From NCBI GenBank assembly GCA_043228905.1, contig JBHGNT010000006.1:19158001-19222000 (forward strand): a stretch of 64,000 bases of DNA, given 5' to 3'. Positions within the stretch are counted from its first letter, which is position 1. Each line of letters begins with the position of its first letter. The position numbers were made by a program, and so were the translations under genes. Positions 1-11,434 of the stretch are shown one piece after another. The notes below the pieces were generated by a model. That model was not told the DNA's origin. It did no database searches and saw only the letters and a list, made by a program, of their open reading frames with translations. The stretch comes from Azolla caroliniana. Its lineage: Eukaryota; Plantae; Polypodiophyta.

Positions 1-26
1 TTGACAAAACAAGCTATTAACCAGTT

Positions 27-436
27 TGTTGAGCGGCAAGCTCAACCGGAGCCGGATCGGCTGAATAAGCCGGAGCCGGTGAGCGAGACGGATCGGGCGA
101 AACGGATCGGTATGACAGTGAGCAACCGAACCAGAAAGCAGTGGAGGCCGGGTGCAATCCGTAACCGGCAGTCCAATCGGAAGCCTAGTACAGGATAGAC
201 TACTAGGTAGCTATAGTCTCGTAGTAAGTGTCTGATGCTCGTGTGAGCATTGAAGTACATGGTACTTCTGTCAGTCCCAAGAGGACTTGTATAAATAGTG
301 CTACTTAGCACAGTGTATAAAAAAGGGTCTTGATATAATTTTGAAATTGTGTTCTGCTCTCTCTCTCTCGCTCGCTCTCTCTCTCTCTCTCTGTGTTGTT
401 CTCTGTTTTACGCTTCCGCAAACACTTACGTTTACA
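27..436 (+). repeat. 5' LTR of copia element 1
   Basis: Direct repeat of 5556-5973. TATA-like TATAAATA near 288-295. CT microsatellite in R/U5. Confidence 0.96.
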
Positions 437-530
437 TGGTATCAGAGCACGAGGGTTGATAACCTCTGCTGCAGACATTTACTCTTGAGAAGAAAACCCT
501 AACAGGTCGAAAACAGACACACTAGAAGAC

Positions 531-3500
531 ATGGATAGAGGCATGGCTACGTCGCTCCCGGTGGAGAAGCTCGACAGGAGCAACTACGCATCCTGGTCTT
601 ACAAGATGCACCAGTACTTGCTTGGACACGGGTACTGGAGTTATGTCGAAGGAGCGAATGATGCGGCGCCAGACTCGGCACACAAGGACTTCCCGGTATG
701 GGAACAGGCGGCAAGCAGGGTGATGTACTGCTTCGCGTCCAGTGTCGGCGATCAGCTGCTCAGCCACATCCGTGACGCCAAGACACCGAAGGATGCTTGG
801 GGGAACCTGAAAAAGGTTTTCGCTGCAAGCACCACTGCCCAGAAGCTGCAACTCAGACAGGAGTTGAGCAATGTTCGACAGAAGAACATGTCCGTGGCAG
901 ACTACACGGGCCGGATAAAGGAGATCTGCGACTCGCTCGCCTCTATCAATGTTACCGTAGAGGAAGACGAGATGGTGCAGGTATGTCTCAGAGGCCTGGC
1001 GTCCAAGTTCGGAGCGTTCCGAACTGCGGTGTGTACAAGGGAGAATACCCCCTCATTCTTCGACTTACAGTCGATGCTCCTTGTAGAGGAGAACCACGCC
1101 GGTGCATCTACCAGTGCATCCCCGGACAGCCGAATGTTGTACACGGGAACGGATCGGCTCCATGGGCGTGGTGGAAGAGGTGGATCGGCACGCAATAGAG
1201 GCGGCCGGCAAGAGCAGGAACGGAGGCACTATGAGCGTGCCGACAGCAGTTCCGGGACTTCCACAAGCAGGGGGAGTCAAGGCGGTGCCGGAGGCTGGCA
1301 AGACAAATCCGCTACAGAATGCTGGTACTGTGGCAAAAAAGGCCACAGGGAAAGCGAGTGCTGGAGAAAGCGTGCCAATTCGGACAAATCCGGATCCGGA
1401 TCCGGATTCGGGCAAAACTCGCACTACGCAAACGGATCAGGAGGATCCGGAACCGGAAAGGCCAGTAAGGGGCCAGCCTTGGTGATGAATCACAAGGCAA
1501 ACTCAATGAAGCAGACCACTTCCAAAACGGAGGAAGTGTGGTATGTTGATTCCGGCGCGTCGAACCACATGATGAGCCACAAAGAGTGGTTCTCCTTTCT
1601 GGAGAAACCGGATCAACCAGGAGTAGTCGAAACCGGAGATGACACTCCTCACCCAATCGTGCACGTCGGAGAAGTCCCTCTAAGCCACGTCGGACAGAAA
1701 GGGAAGCTGATGAACGTATTACACGTTCCGACAATCACGAAGAACCTGGTGTCCGTCGGTCAGATTGTCGACCAGGGGATGCAGGTGCGGTTTACGCACC
1801 TCGGGTGCTTCATTGAGGATGAGGGCGAAGTCATTGCACAAGGGCGCAGAGACGGGAGGATGTTTATCCTCAACACCAATGACTTTGGCATCGCTCTGTT
1901 TGCGAAACGACAGAAGGTCGAGTCGGACATCGACCTGTGGCACAAGCAGATAGGCCACGTCAACTACCGGAGGCTTCAAGACCTGCAAACGAAACAAGTC
2001 GTTTTCGATTTGCCGAAGTTCAACGGCCGGAGAGCCGAAATTTGTGAAGCCTGCCAACTTGGGAAGCAACACCGGCTTCCATTCCCCACCGAACGGAACC
2101 GGAGCCGTAACAAGCTCGATCTCATCCATTCGGATGTGTGGGGACCGGCACAAAGTGTAAGCCTTGGCAGGAGCCGATACTTCGTCTCCTTCATCGACGA
2201 TTATACTCGACATACTTGGATCTTCCTCATTGAGCGGAAGGGCGAAGTCTTCGTCTGTTTTTGGAGCCTCCAGAAGATGGTGGAACGGGAATCGGAGAGG
2301 AAGATCAAATGCCTTCGGTCGGATGGCGGAAAGGAATATTTTTCCGGCCAATTCACTAGTTATCTGCAGCAGAAGGGAATTCGGCGAGAGTTCAGCTGCA
2401 GATACACACCAGAGCAAAACGGTGTGGCCGAAAGGAAGAACCGGACACTCGTCGAAGCGGCAAGGGCAATGCTGGAGGAGAAGAGCATGCCCCAGTTCTA
2501 CTGGGCGGAGGCGGTCCAGACGGCCGTCTACATACAAAACCGCATTGGTGACAAGGTGTCAGCTCATGAGCTGTATTTCGGGCGCAAGCCGAACTTAAGA
2601 CACCTTCGGATATTCGGCAACATAGCGTATGTGCATGTACCGGATCAGAAGCGGAGAAAGCTGGATGCAAAATCGGAAAAATGCATCCTAGTCGGCTATG
2701 CTCAAGAGCAAAAGGGGTATAAGTGCTATAACCCGCGGACGAAGGAAGTCCGAGTTAGCCGGGATGTCGAGTTCGACGAATCGGCATCCTGGTACTCCGT
2801 ACCGACTCCGACTTCCGATCCCGACCCAATGCCGGAAGATCAGGCCAGTGAGCCTGAATCAACCCTGGCAGAGGATGATGAAGCCGGGACTCAAGATGAG
2901 AGTCCAGAATCGTTTCGGTTAAGTGGACCGAACGAGCGACTGAGTCGGTTGGACCAGTCGGATGAAGAGACGGCAAGTGGTGGAGACTCTGTCGTGCTCT
3001 CCCCGCGCAAGGAACCGAGGAAACGGTTCACGCGCAAAGAGAAGGGGAAGAGGAAGATGCCGGAATTCGAAACCGGCAACGATGAGTCGGATCGGTGCGT
3101 ATCCGACTCTGGAAAGGAGAAAGGCAGATCTTTGGTAACGAAGACCGAACTGGCCAAGAAGAGCCTCAAATCAGGTGACGGTGCGTTGCGCCGATCAACC
3201 CGTCAGAAGGATCCCGTCGTGCGGTACGGGTACAATGAATACATGGCGCATCATTATGCGTACATGACTAAGGTGACAGAAGGGCGTGAGCCGGAGAGCT
3301 ACGCAGAAGCGGCAAGGGACGCAAATTGGCGTGCCGCTATGGACGAAGAAATGCGGGCACTCGATGCCAACGAAACTTGGGACCTAGTTGATCCCCCCCG
3401 TCACTGTAAACCGATCGGATGCAAGTGGGTGTACAAGGTCAAGTACAACGCCGACGGTTCTGTTAACCGGTACAAAGCCCGGTTAGTGGCGAAGGGATAC

Positions 3501-5561
3501 GCGCAGACCCATGGAATCGACTACGACGAGACCTTCGCTCCTGTGGCGAAGATGACGACGGTTCGTGTGGTACTAGCGGTTGCTGCGGCAAGGGGGTGGC
3601 ATCTTCACCAGATGGATGTGAAGAACGCCTTCCTTCAAGGAGAGCTTGAAGAAGAAGTCTTTATGACTCAGCCCCCCGGATTTCAATCGGAGATGAACAA
3701 ATCGGCGGTATGCTGACTGAAGAAGTCGCTTTACGGCTTGAAGCAAGCCCCCCGAGCTTGGAACGTGAAGATCACGCACCGGTTGCGTAAGCTGGGGTTT
3801 GTTGTCTCTAAGTCGGACTCTTCGTTGTTCATCCGGCAAGGCTCTGACGGTCCGGTATGTATACTCTTGTATGTGGATGATTTAGTCATCACCGGACCGG
3901 GTCTTCCCGAAATCAACCGCGTCAAGTCCCAGTTGTCGGACGCATTCGAAATGAAGGACCTGGGGGACCTTCATTATTTTCTTGGGATCGAAGTGATCCG
4001 GACCCCCAATGGCATATTGCTCTCACAACGACATTACGTGTTGAATATGCTGTATAAGTTCGGCATGACAGATTGCCGACCTGTCTCCACACCCCTGGAC
4101 CGGAACCAAAAGCTCCGTCCCAACTCCGGACCGGCCAATGAGAAACGGTTCCGACAGGTTGTCGGAAGCCTGATCTACTTAACCATCACCCGACCCAACA
4201 TCAGCTATCCGGTCGGCATGGTAAGCCAGTTCATGCAGAAGCCGACCATGGAGCACCTTCAGTGCGCGCAACGAATATTACGGTATGTCAGCGGCACTAA
4301 GGACCGGGGACTGCTATACCGGCGAGGTATACCCGAAGAGCTTGTCGGTTACACAGATGTTGACTGGGTCGGCGATGCGTCTGATCGCCGCTCCACTTCC
4401 GGATACATGTTCTCCATAGGTAGCGTGGCCGTTGCGTGGAGCAGCAAGAAGCAGCCCACAGTGGCTTTGTCAAGCACTGAGGCTGAGTACCGGGCCGCTA
4501 CTGTTGCCACCTGTGAAGCCATCTGGCTTCGGCGACTGCTGCGAGACATGCGGATCGAGGTACCGACCCCGATCCCGATTTACTGCGATAACATGGTCAG
4601 CCTGCAACTCGCCAGGAACCCTGTGTTCCATGCTCGCACAAAGCACATCGAGGTGCACTACCACTTCGTGCGTGAGCGGGTCCTGAACGGTGAAGTTGAC
4701 CTACGGTATGTTCATACGGATCGGCAAGTTGCCGACATCTTCACCAAGCCGCTCGGATCGGACAAGTTGCAGCACTTTACCGACATGCTTGGTATTCAGC
4801 ATCTCGACGTGCCACACTTGAGGGGGAGAAGCAAGGGCAAAGTCTCTACCGAAACGGGCAAAGGCCAAAAACCTGTTGAACCCGTCGGTAAGAGGAGAGC
4901 CGGAAGAAGAGGAGACAAGAAGCTGAAGGAAGCCGAGTCGACGAAGGAAGTCGACACATCCGAACAGGTCGGAGCAAGCGGCTGTGAAGAAGAGTTGTGC
5001 ACTCAGGAAGAGAAGCGCATGTTGTGCGGAGGTCATCACGACGGTACTGACCATGATACAGAGTCAAATGAAGAATTCGATTTCGGTTCACCGGCTGAAG
5101 AAGTCGAGGGAAGCATGGAGAAGGCCAGGACTCGGAAGTGGTCCGATGTGGTGAGAGGCCTGACGCCGGAAGTCGAATCGGAGTGTACCGATTCGGACAA
5201 GAGCTGGAACGAGTCGGAGACAGCTGACTCGGATCAACAGATGGATCCGGATGAGACGGATCGACTGAAGGCCAAGGGGACACGAACACAGCGGAAGTCG
5301 GTGCCATCGTGGGAGAACCGACGGATCGGCAAGCGTCGGAGTCACACCAACGTGAGTGCTGAGATGGGCCTATTGAGCAGACATGCTGACCGAGAGGGTC
5401 GAGGCGCGCAGAACCAAAGGGGTCGCGGCAAACGGGACCGGACCGGACGAGGAGCGCGAGCAAGGCGGAGTGACGCCAGGAGAAGTCGGTTGGAAGAACC
5501 GACTGCCACAGAGGTCGACACTACGACCCCACCTCAGGTTGAGCTTGAGGGGGAGTGTTGA
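531..5561 (+). pseudogene. Copia Gag-Pol polyprotein (gag CCHC knuckle, protease, integrase, RT, RNase H, long C-terminal extension) with one in-frame TGA at 3714-3716
   Basis: ORFs 531-3716 and 3738-5561 are in the same frame. Motifs [29 protein letters not shown] integrase, [15 protein letters not shown] and ADIFTK are present. The stop sits where CRLKKSLYGLKQ is expected (CGA>TGA). Confidence 0.93.
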
Positions 5562-5898
5562 GCGGCAAGCTCAACCGGAGCCGGATCGGCTGAATAAGCC
5601 GGAGCCGGTGAGCGAGACGGATCGGGCGAAACGGATCAATATGACGGTGAGCAACCGAACCGGCAAGCAGTGGAGGCCGGGTGCAATCCGTAACCGGCAG
5701 TCCAATCGGAAGCCTAGTACAGGATAGACTACTAGGTAGCTATAGTCTCGTAGTAAGTGTCTGATGCTCGTGTGAGCATTGAAGTACATGGTACTTCTGT
5801 CAGTCCCAAGAGGACTTGTATAAATAGTGCTACTTAGCACAGTGTATAAAAAAGGGTCTTGATATAATTTTGAAATTGTGTTCTGCTCTCTCTCTCTG

Positions 5899-5931
<33 letters not shown>

Positions 5932-5973
5932 GTTGTTCTCTGTTTTACGCTTCCGCAAACACTTACGTTTACA
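5556..5973 (+). repeat. 3' LTR of copia element 1
   Basis: Follows the PPT GAGGGGGAG, matches 27-436 and is followed by the TSD CAGTT. Confidence 0.96.
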
Positions 5974-5978
5974 CAGTT

Positions 5979-8643
5979 GTCCCCTACTAGGCCCGATTTG
6001 TTTATTTGGGTTCTAGCATGGTGAATATAGTCTTCTAGCGAGGAAAACTTCCTACAAGAGAGGTTCATTAAAGCTTGAGCTGCCTCGGTTCGAGAGGGAG
6101 GTTGTAGAAATTGGCCCTTGAAAACTGTTACAAAATCTGTCCAGGTATCGGGCAATTTCCCCAAAGTTCGGAGCCCACACCACCATGCAGCGGCCTTACC
6201 CCCTAATTCTCGGCTGACATATGCAATCTTCATACCATCTGGCGTGGGATAGAGCTCAAAATGAGACTCCCATCAACCCAGCCACATGCATATTGTTTCT
6301 TCGGTTCTTTCCTTTTCTTCTCTCGTAAATGGCTTTACGACAAATGATGGTTCACCCTAACACTCATCGGGTCTATTAGTGTCACATTGTAAACTAATGA
6401 CATGTGCCTCGAGAGCACTTTGAGATTGCCAAAGTTTGGACATCTAATGAGCAATTGAACTAAGGAAATCTTGTATTTGTAAGAAATACGACTCAATGGA
6501 GATTGCTCCAAGAGGGAGTTCCTTCCGCTTGAGCAGATGACATCAAGTCGTTATTCTGAGCCATTGAATGATTATTTCTGGCAAAGAAATAGGATAAGGT
6601 CAGACAAATAGTCATAACATCATGTCGTGATGTAAACATATAATGGGCAAACATTAATCGATATCATGATCTCACGTCAATACCCCTCAAGACGTATAAG
6701 ATGAGGTTCAAGATCATGTTACTATGGTAACACGAAGGTGTTTTAAAAACCATGGGGGTGACAAATGAATGTCTTTCCCTGATCTCTATATCGATTTTTT
6801 CATGGCGGCTCCTCGAGGCTCAACCATGTATGTTTGCGTCATGAATAGTTTATACACGAAAGAAATGTTAACAATGTATGTGGTTTCGGTTCTTTAAGTC
6901 CTATTACGAGGACCCTGAAGTGCAATTAGACCTAAAGTTTAAACACGTATTATAGTCATATGTATCAACAATGTTGTATGGTCTTGGTCATATTTGAACT
7001 CGAGACCTTGAGAACAAATACATTAAACACTTGAGCGAACCAAATAGGTTGCTCATGTTGAATGTTTAATGTTTTATGCATATAAGAGATATGCGATGCA
7101 TTTTCCCATATATGTTTTTTTAAAAGAAACATATATGTCAAGAGTCCTTATTTCCCTCTCATTTACCACAAACTATGTTTGTACGTTACCTAACCTCAAG
7201 TCTCATAATTACAATGGCATACGCCAAAGTGCAACCTAATGGTCAAGCCAAATGAGCCCTCTTTTTGTAGTAGGCCCACGTAGCCTATCACATGGTTACA
7301 TCATTATGAATGCCTTTCGTAAGAATGATCTCATAGTGGCATCGTGTCCATGTAATGAAAGAGGGATGTTGGATATGTGTGTCATAGGAGCGACCTCACA
7401 TGAAGTGGGTCAAGCCTTATGTTCTCAACATCATTGTGGCTATGAGCATTTCATTACGTAATGAAATCGAAGTGACCAACAGGGATGTCAACAAACAAAA
7501 TTGTTGAAAAAAGGATGGTGACTACGCCATTCTCACAAAAATGTGAGGACGGCCACCAAGATCCTTTCCCCGAAAAGGACAACATTCGATATAGAAATCA
7601 CGTTATAACTAACATGCACATATATATATATATATATACGATCAAATACGTATACACGTGACCACATATCTGTATATTAAGAAAATTTGTAACATCAAAT
7701 AGCCAACATATGATGAAATCGAGACACGTAATCGAGGCATATCGCCTCTACGCACACGAAACATCCAAAAATAAGGGTTAATTGTAATACGCAATTGAGG
7801 TATTGACCTCTTACGCATACGACATCAAACACATATCATTTACATAAAAATCAAGGTACTGACCTTATATGCATATGTAACATATGTATGTGAACATAAT
7901 ACTTTGAAGTATTAACCTCCTACGCAAATGTCAAATGAGGTATTGACCTCATACACATATGTAAAGGTTTTATACAACCAATTAATTACCAACAACATCA
8001 TTGAATCAATGAAAAAAAAAACATATTGACCATATACATGATTAGATAGGAGAAGAAAAAATAGGAAAAAAAACAAGAAAGAGTTACCGAAGTTCCTTTG
8101 TTGATCGCTATCTGGATCAAGGTCGACCACACGTCGAACGATCACCATCCATTAAGAACACAAAAACAAACAAAGGAAACATTAGAAACATAAGCTCGGA
8201 TACCAACTATTAGAGCGATGATCTAATCTAAGCATGTGATAAGGATAAAAGATAGATAGATAGAAAGGGGAGAGAGAAAGAAGGGTGTCGATCCACCCGA
8301 CCACCCCAGAGCGGAGGGATCGAGACGGACTCGAGCCTCGATCGACGTCCCATACCACCGTCGTGGCGTCGAGTCGTACCTGGTGCTGGCGCGCTCACTA
8401 CAAGAGTTGACCCATCACAACATCAGAGTCTCGACATAGTCAAAAGATGATGAAATGAGGGTAGCTAGGCCTCATATTTATAGCGAGACCCAAGGCCCCC
8501 AGGCAAGTTCACACTTGGCCTAATGGGTTGTCTCAATCCCAAGGATTAAAAGTAATCCTCCCCTTCTTTACACTCTCGTTTAACCCTCACACTTATCCAC
8601 GTGTATAGAATACTACGGTAAATTCTCACCATGGGATATTATA
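5979..8643 (-). mobile_element. 5' part of a degenerate Ty3/gypsy element (5' LTR ~8208-8643, PBS 8194-8205, long leader, gag remnant ~5979-6550), interrupted by copia element 1
   Basis: Minus-strand retrotransposon-gag motif (KIAYVSRELGGKAAAWW...TWTDFVTVFKGQF). The frame continues across the copia insertion into 1-26 (LVGDN|WLIACFV). PBS is TGGTATCCGAGC. LTR termini appear decayed from TG/CA to TA/TA. TATA on the minus strand near 8475-8483. Confidence 0.75.
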
Positions 8644-11434
8644 AGGTCATGCCCGTAACAAGACCAAAGGGGTCGAGGAGTGCAGAACCGAACTAGACGA
8701 GGAGCACGAGCAAGGCATGGAGACGCTAGGAAGAGTCGGATGTTGACTCAAGGAGAACCTCAAGTTGAGCTTGAGGGGGAGTGTTGAGCGAGCAAGCTCA
8801 CCTTGCGCGGATCGGCTGAAGAAGCCGAGAACCGGAATGGATTGGACCAATCGGTTAGGCCTGGATCGACTGAAGAAGACAAGAGCCTGATCGGACGGAG
8901 ACCGATCAGCGATGCCGAATCTGTAGGAGCCGGAAGGCTAGTTGGAAAGATATTCCGCAAAGGAATATATTTGGGAGTTGGTGTAGGGGCTCACTTATGA
9001 GCATTCAAGTATTGAAGGTACTTGTGTCAGTCCTTTTAAAGGCTTGTATAAAAGTGCTGGCATAAAAGGCCGACTCCTTCCAATTTGTATCCTAGTGTGA
9101 ACACGTCCAAATAGTTAGGGCTTAGTATATAATAAATAACCTAACGTTGTAATTGTTGACTTCTTGATCATTGTTATATTGTGAGTCTCTGAGAGAGAGA
9201 AAGAAAGAAAGAAAGAAAGAGAATAGAAATAACAAAGCTTCCATGAAAGCTTAAGAGTGTGCTCATCTTCTTATCTTCAATATTTCTATGTTGTTTGTTG
9301 AGTACCGCTAGACAGGTCTTCATACATACTTCTACACATATTCGAACACCATATCTCACAAGTGGTATCAAAGCGACTTGTTGTTCAGTAGCAACAAACA
9401 ATAGAAAAAGTTGAAAGAGAAAAGACCAGGTTAGTGAATCTTACCTCCATAAAGAACATGGCCTCAACATCCGGTATAGGAGTTGAGATCCGAAAGTTCG
9501 ATGGCAAAAGCTTTGCCCTATGGAAGGAGATGATGCAAGACGTGTTGATCATTCGAAGACAGGTTGAAGCTATCCGGCATAGCGAAAAGCCTGTTTCAAT
9601 GTCAGCCGAAGAGTGGAGATCAATAAATGAAATCACTCGCTCCACCATTCAGATGCACCTAGCCGAAAACGTCTACTTCAACATGGCAAAAGAGACGACA
9701 ACGTTCTCACTATGGGAGAAGTTATAGGTTGTATACCAAAAGAAGTCCTCATCTTCGAAATTAATATTAATTAGGCAACTATTCAATATGAAGATGAGAG
9801 AGTCGGACCCAGCCATCTCCCATATCAACACCTTCAGTCAGGTGTTGTCTGAACTCTCCTCACAAGAGATCAACTTCGAAGAAGAGGTGAAAGCCCTTGC
9901 CCTCCTATCGAGCTTGCCGATGAGTTGGGAAGTATTCTACACGACATTTGCCAATAGCCGTTCGATCCTAAATCTAGATGAGACGATCGGCCAAGTCCTC
10001 ACCGAGGACATTCGGCGAAAATCGATGGGACTCACCATCGATGAATCGACAAAAGCCCACCACTCGACCGAGTTGATCAATTGATTGAGTCGATCGAGAG
10101 AACAAGCCGACAGAACCGGTTGGAATACCAATTGGTCGAAAATGAGGGAAGATCGACAACGGTCGAAGTCGAGAACGGTCACTCGGGCGAATTCTGCACC
10201 CATTGCAGAAAAGCCAGTCACAATATTTCCGACTGCTAGTCAATGAAGAGGAAAGAGAGTGTTCAGCGATCAGAGCGGAATCGAGGACAATCCAACTCGA
10301 ACCACTCTCCAGTCGGCAACCAACTCAATGTTGCCGACACCCGATCAGGAGAAATCCTATCCTTAGAGGATTTGATGATCGAAGAAGTCCTCTACAATAT
10401 ACAAGATGCACACATGTGGTTACTGGACTCCGGTGCCACATTTCATGTAACCCCCAACATCGAATGGTTCTCGAACTATTCGGTCGGCGCTAGCAGCACA
10501 GTCCGACTAGGCAATGGGCAAGATTGCAAAATCGCCGAAGTAGGGGAAGCACCAATTCAATTGTCAAATGGCAACACAATTGTCCTGCACCAAGTCCGGC
10601 ACGTACCCGCATTCAAAAGGAGTTTGGTCTCCATCGGCATGCTAGCCGAAGATGGGTACTGAATGAGTCGACATGGATGATCAGTCGTGGAAATCTGAAG
10701 ATTGGAAGTGGGCACAAGTACAACAACTTGTACCCAATGATGACGATCAATCCATAAGGGTCCGTGAACGTAGACGAAAAGATTGACCCAAACCTATGGC
10801 ATGGCTGACTTGACCATATGGCTCAAGCCGGACTCGATCGGTTGACGGCAGTTGGCTACATTCCAAAACTCCAAGCAAAGATAGACTTCTATGAGCATTG
10901 TTGATATGGGAAACTGGCCCGAAGTCCACACTCTCTTCATTACGAGACGGTACGACATCCCCTCGAGCTCGTGCACACAGACATATGTTGGCCTATGCTT
11001 GAGAGATCACTAGGAGGCTCCCGGTACTTCATCACATTTGTAGATGATTGTACACGAAAAGTCTGGGCCTATTCAATTAGGTCAAAAGAAGAAGCAGTCG
11101 AGGTCTTCACTCAGTGGATAATTGAAGTGGAGAACCGGTCAAGATACAGAGTGAAGACACTCCAATCTGACAATGGAAGAGAATACACCTCCCGAGCCAT
11201 CAAACAGTACCTGTCCGACAAAGGGATCCTGCACCAAAAGACCATACCATACACACCCATGCATAATGGAATAGCAGAATGGATCAACTGAACGGTCTAG
11301 GAGAGGGTGACGACAATGCTCCAAAAAGCTGGACTGAAGCTGGAGTTTTGGGTCGAAGCATTGTCGACAACAATATATCTAATCAATCTATCGACGTCAA
11401 AAGAAATCATACTTGAAGTGCCACAGGCACTATG

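Larger units (their letters stand above)
27..5973 (+). mobile_element. Full-length Ty1/copia LTR retrotransposon (element 1), young, one nonsense mutation
   Basis: LTRs 27-436 and 5556-5973 (TG...CA). Perfect 5-bp TSD CAGTT at 22-26 and 5974-5978. tRNA-iMet-type PBS TGGTATCAGAGC at 437-448. PPT at 5547-5555. Domain order gag-PR-INT-RT-RH. Confidence 0.97.

Noticed and set aside
3714-3716. Programmed stop-codon readthrough in copia pol
   Set aside because: The TGA falls inside conserved RT sequence where Arg is expected, so CpG deamination is the simpler explanation.
797-5463. Many overlapping alternative-frame and antisense ORFs in element 1
   Set aside because: Expected by-products of a GC-rich coding sequence, with no independent motifs.
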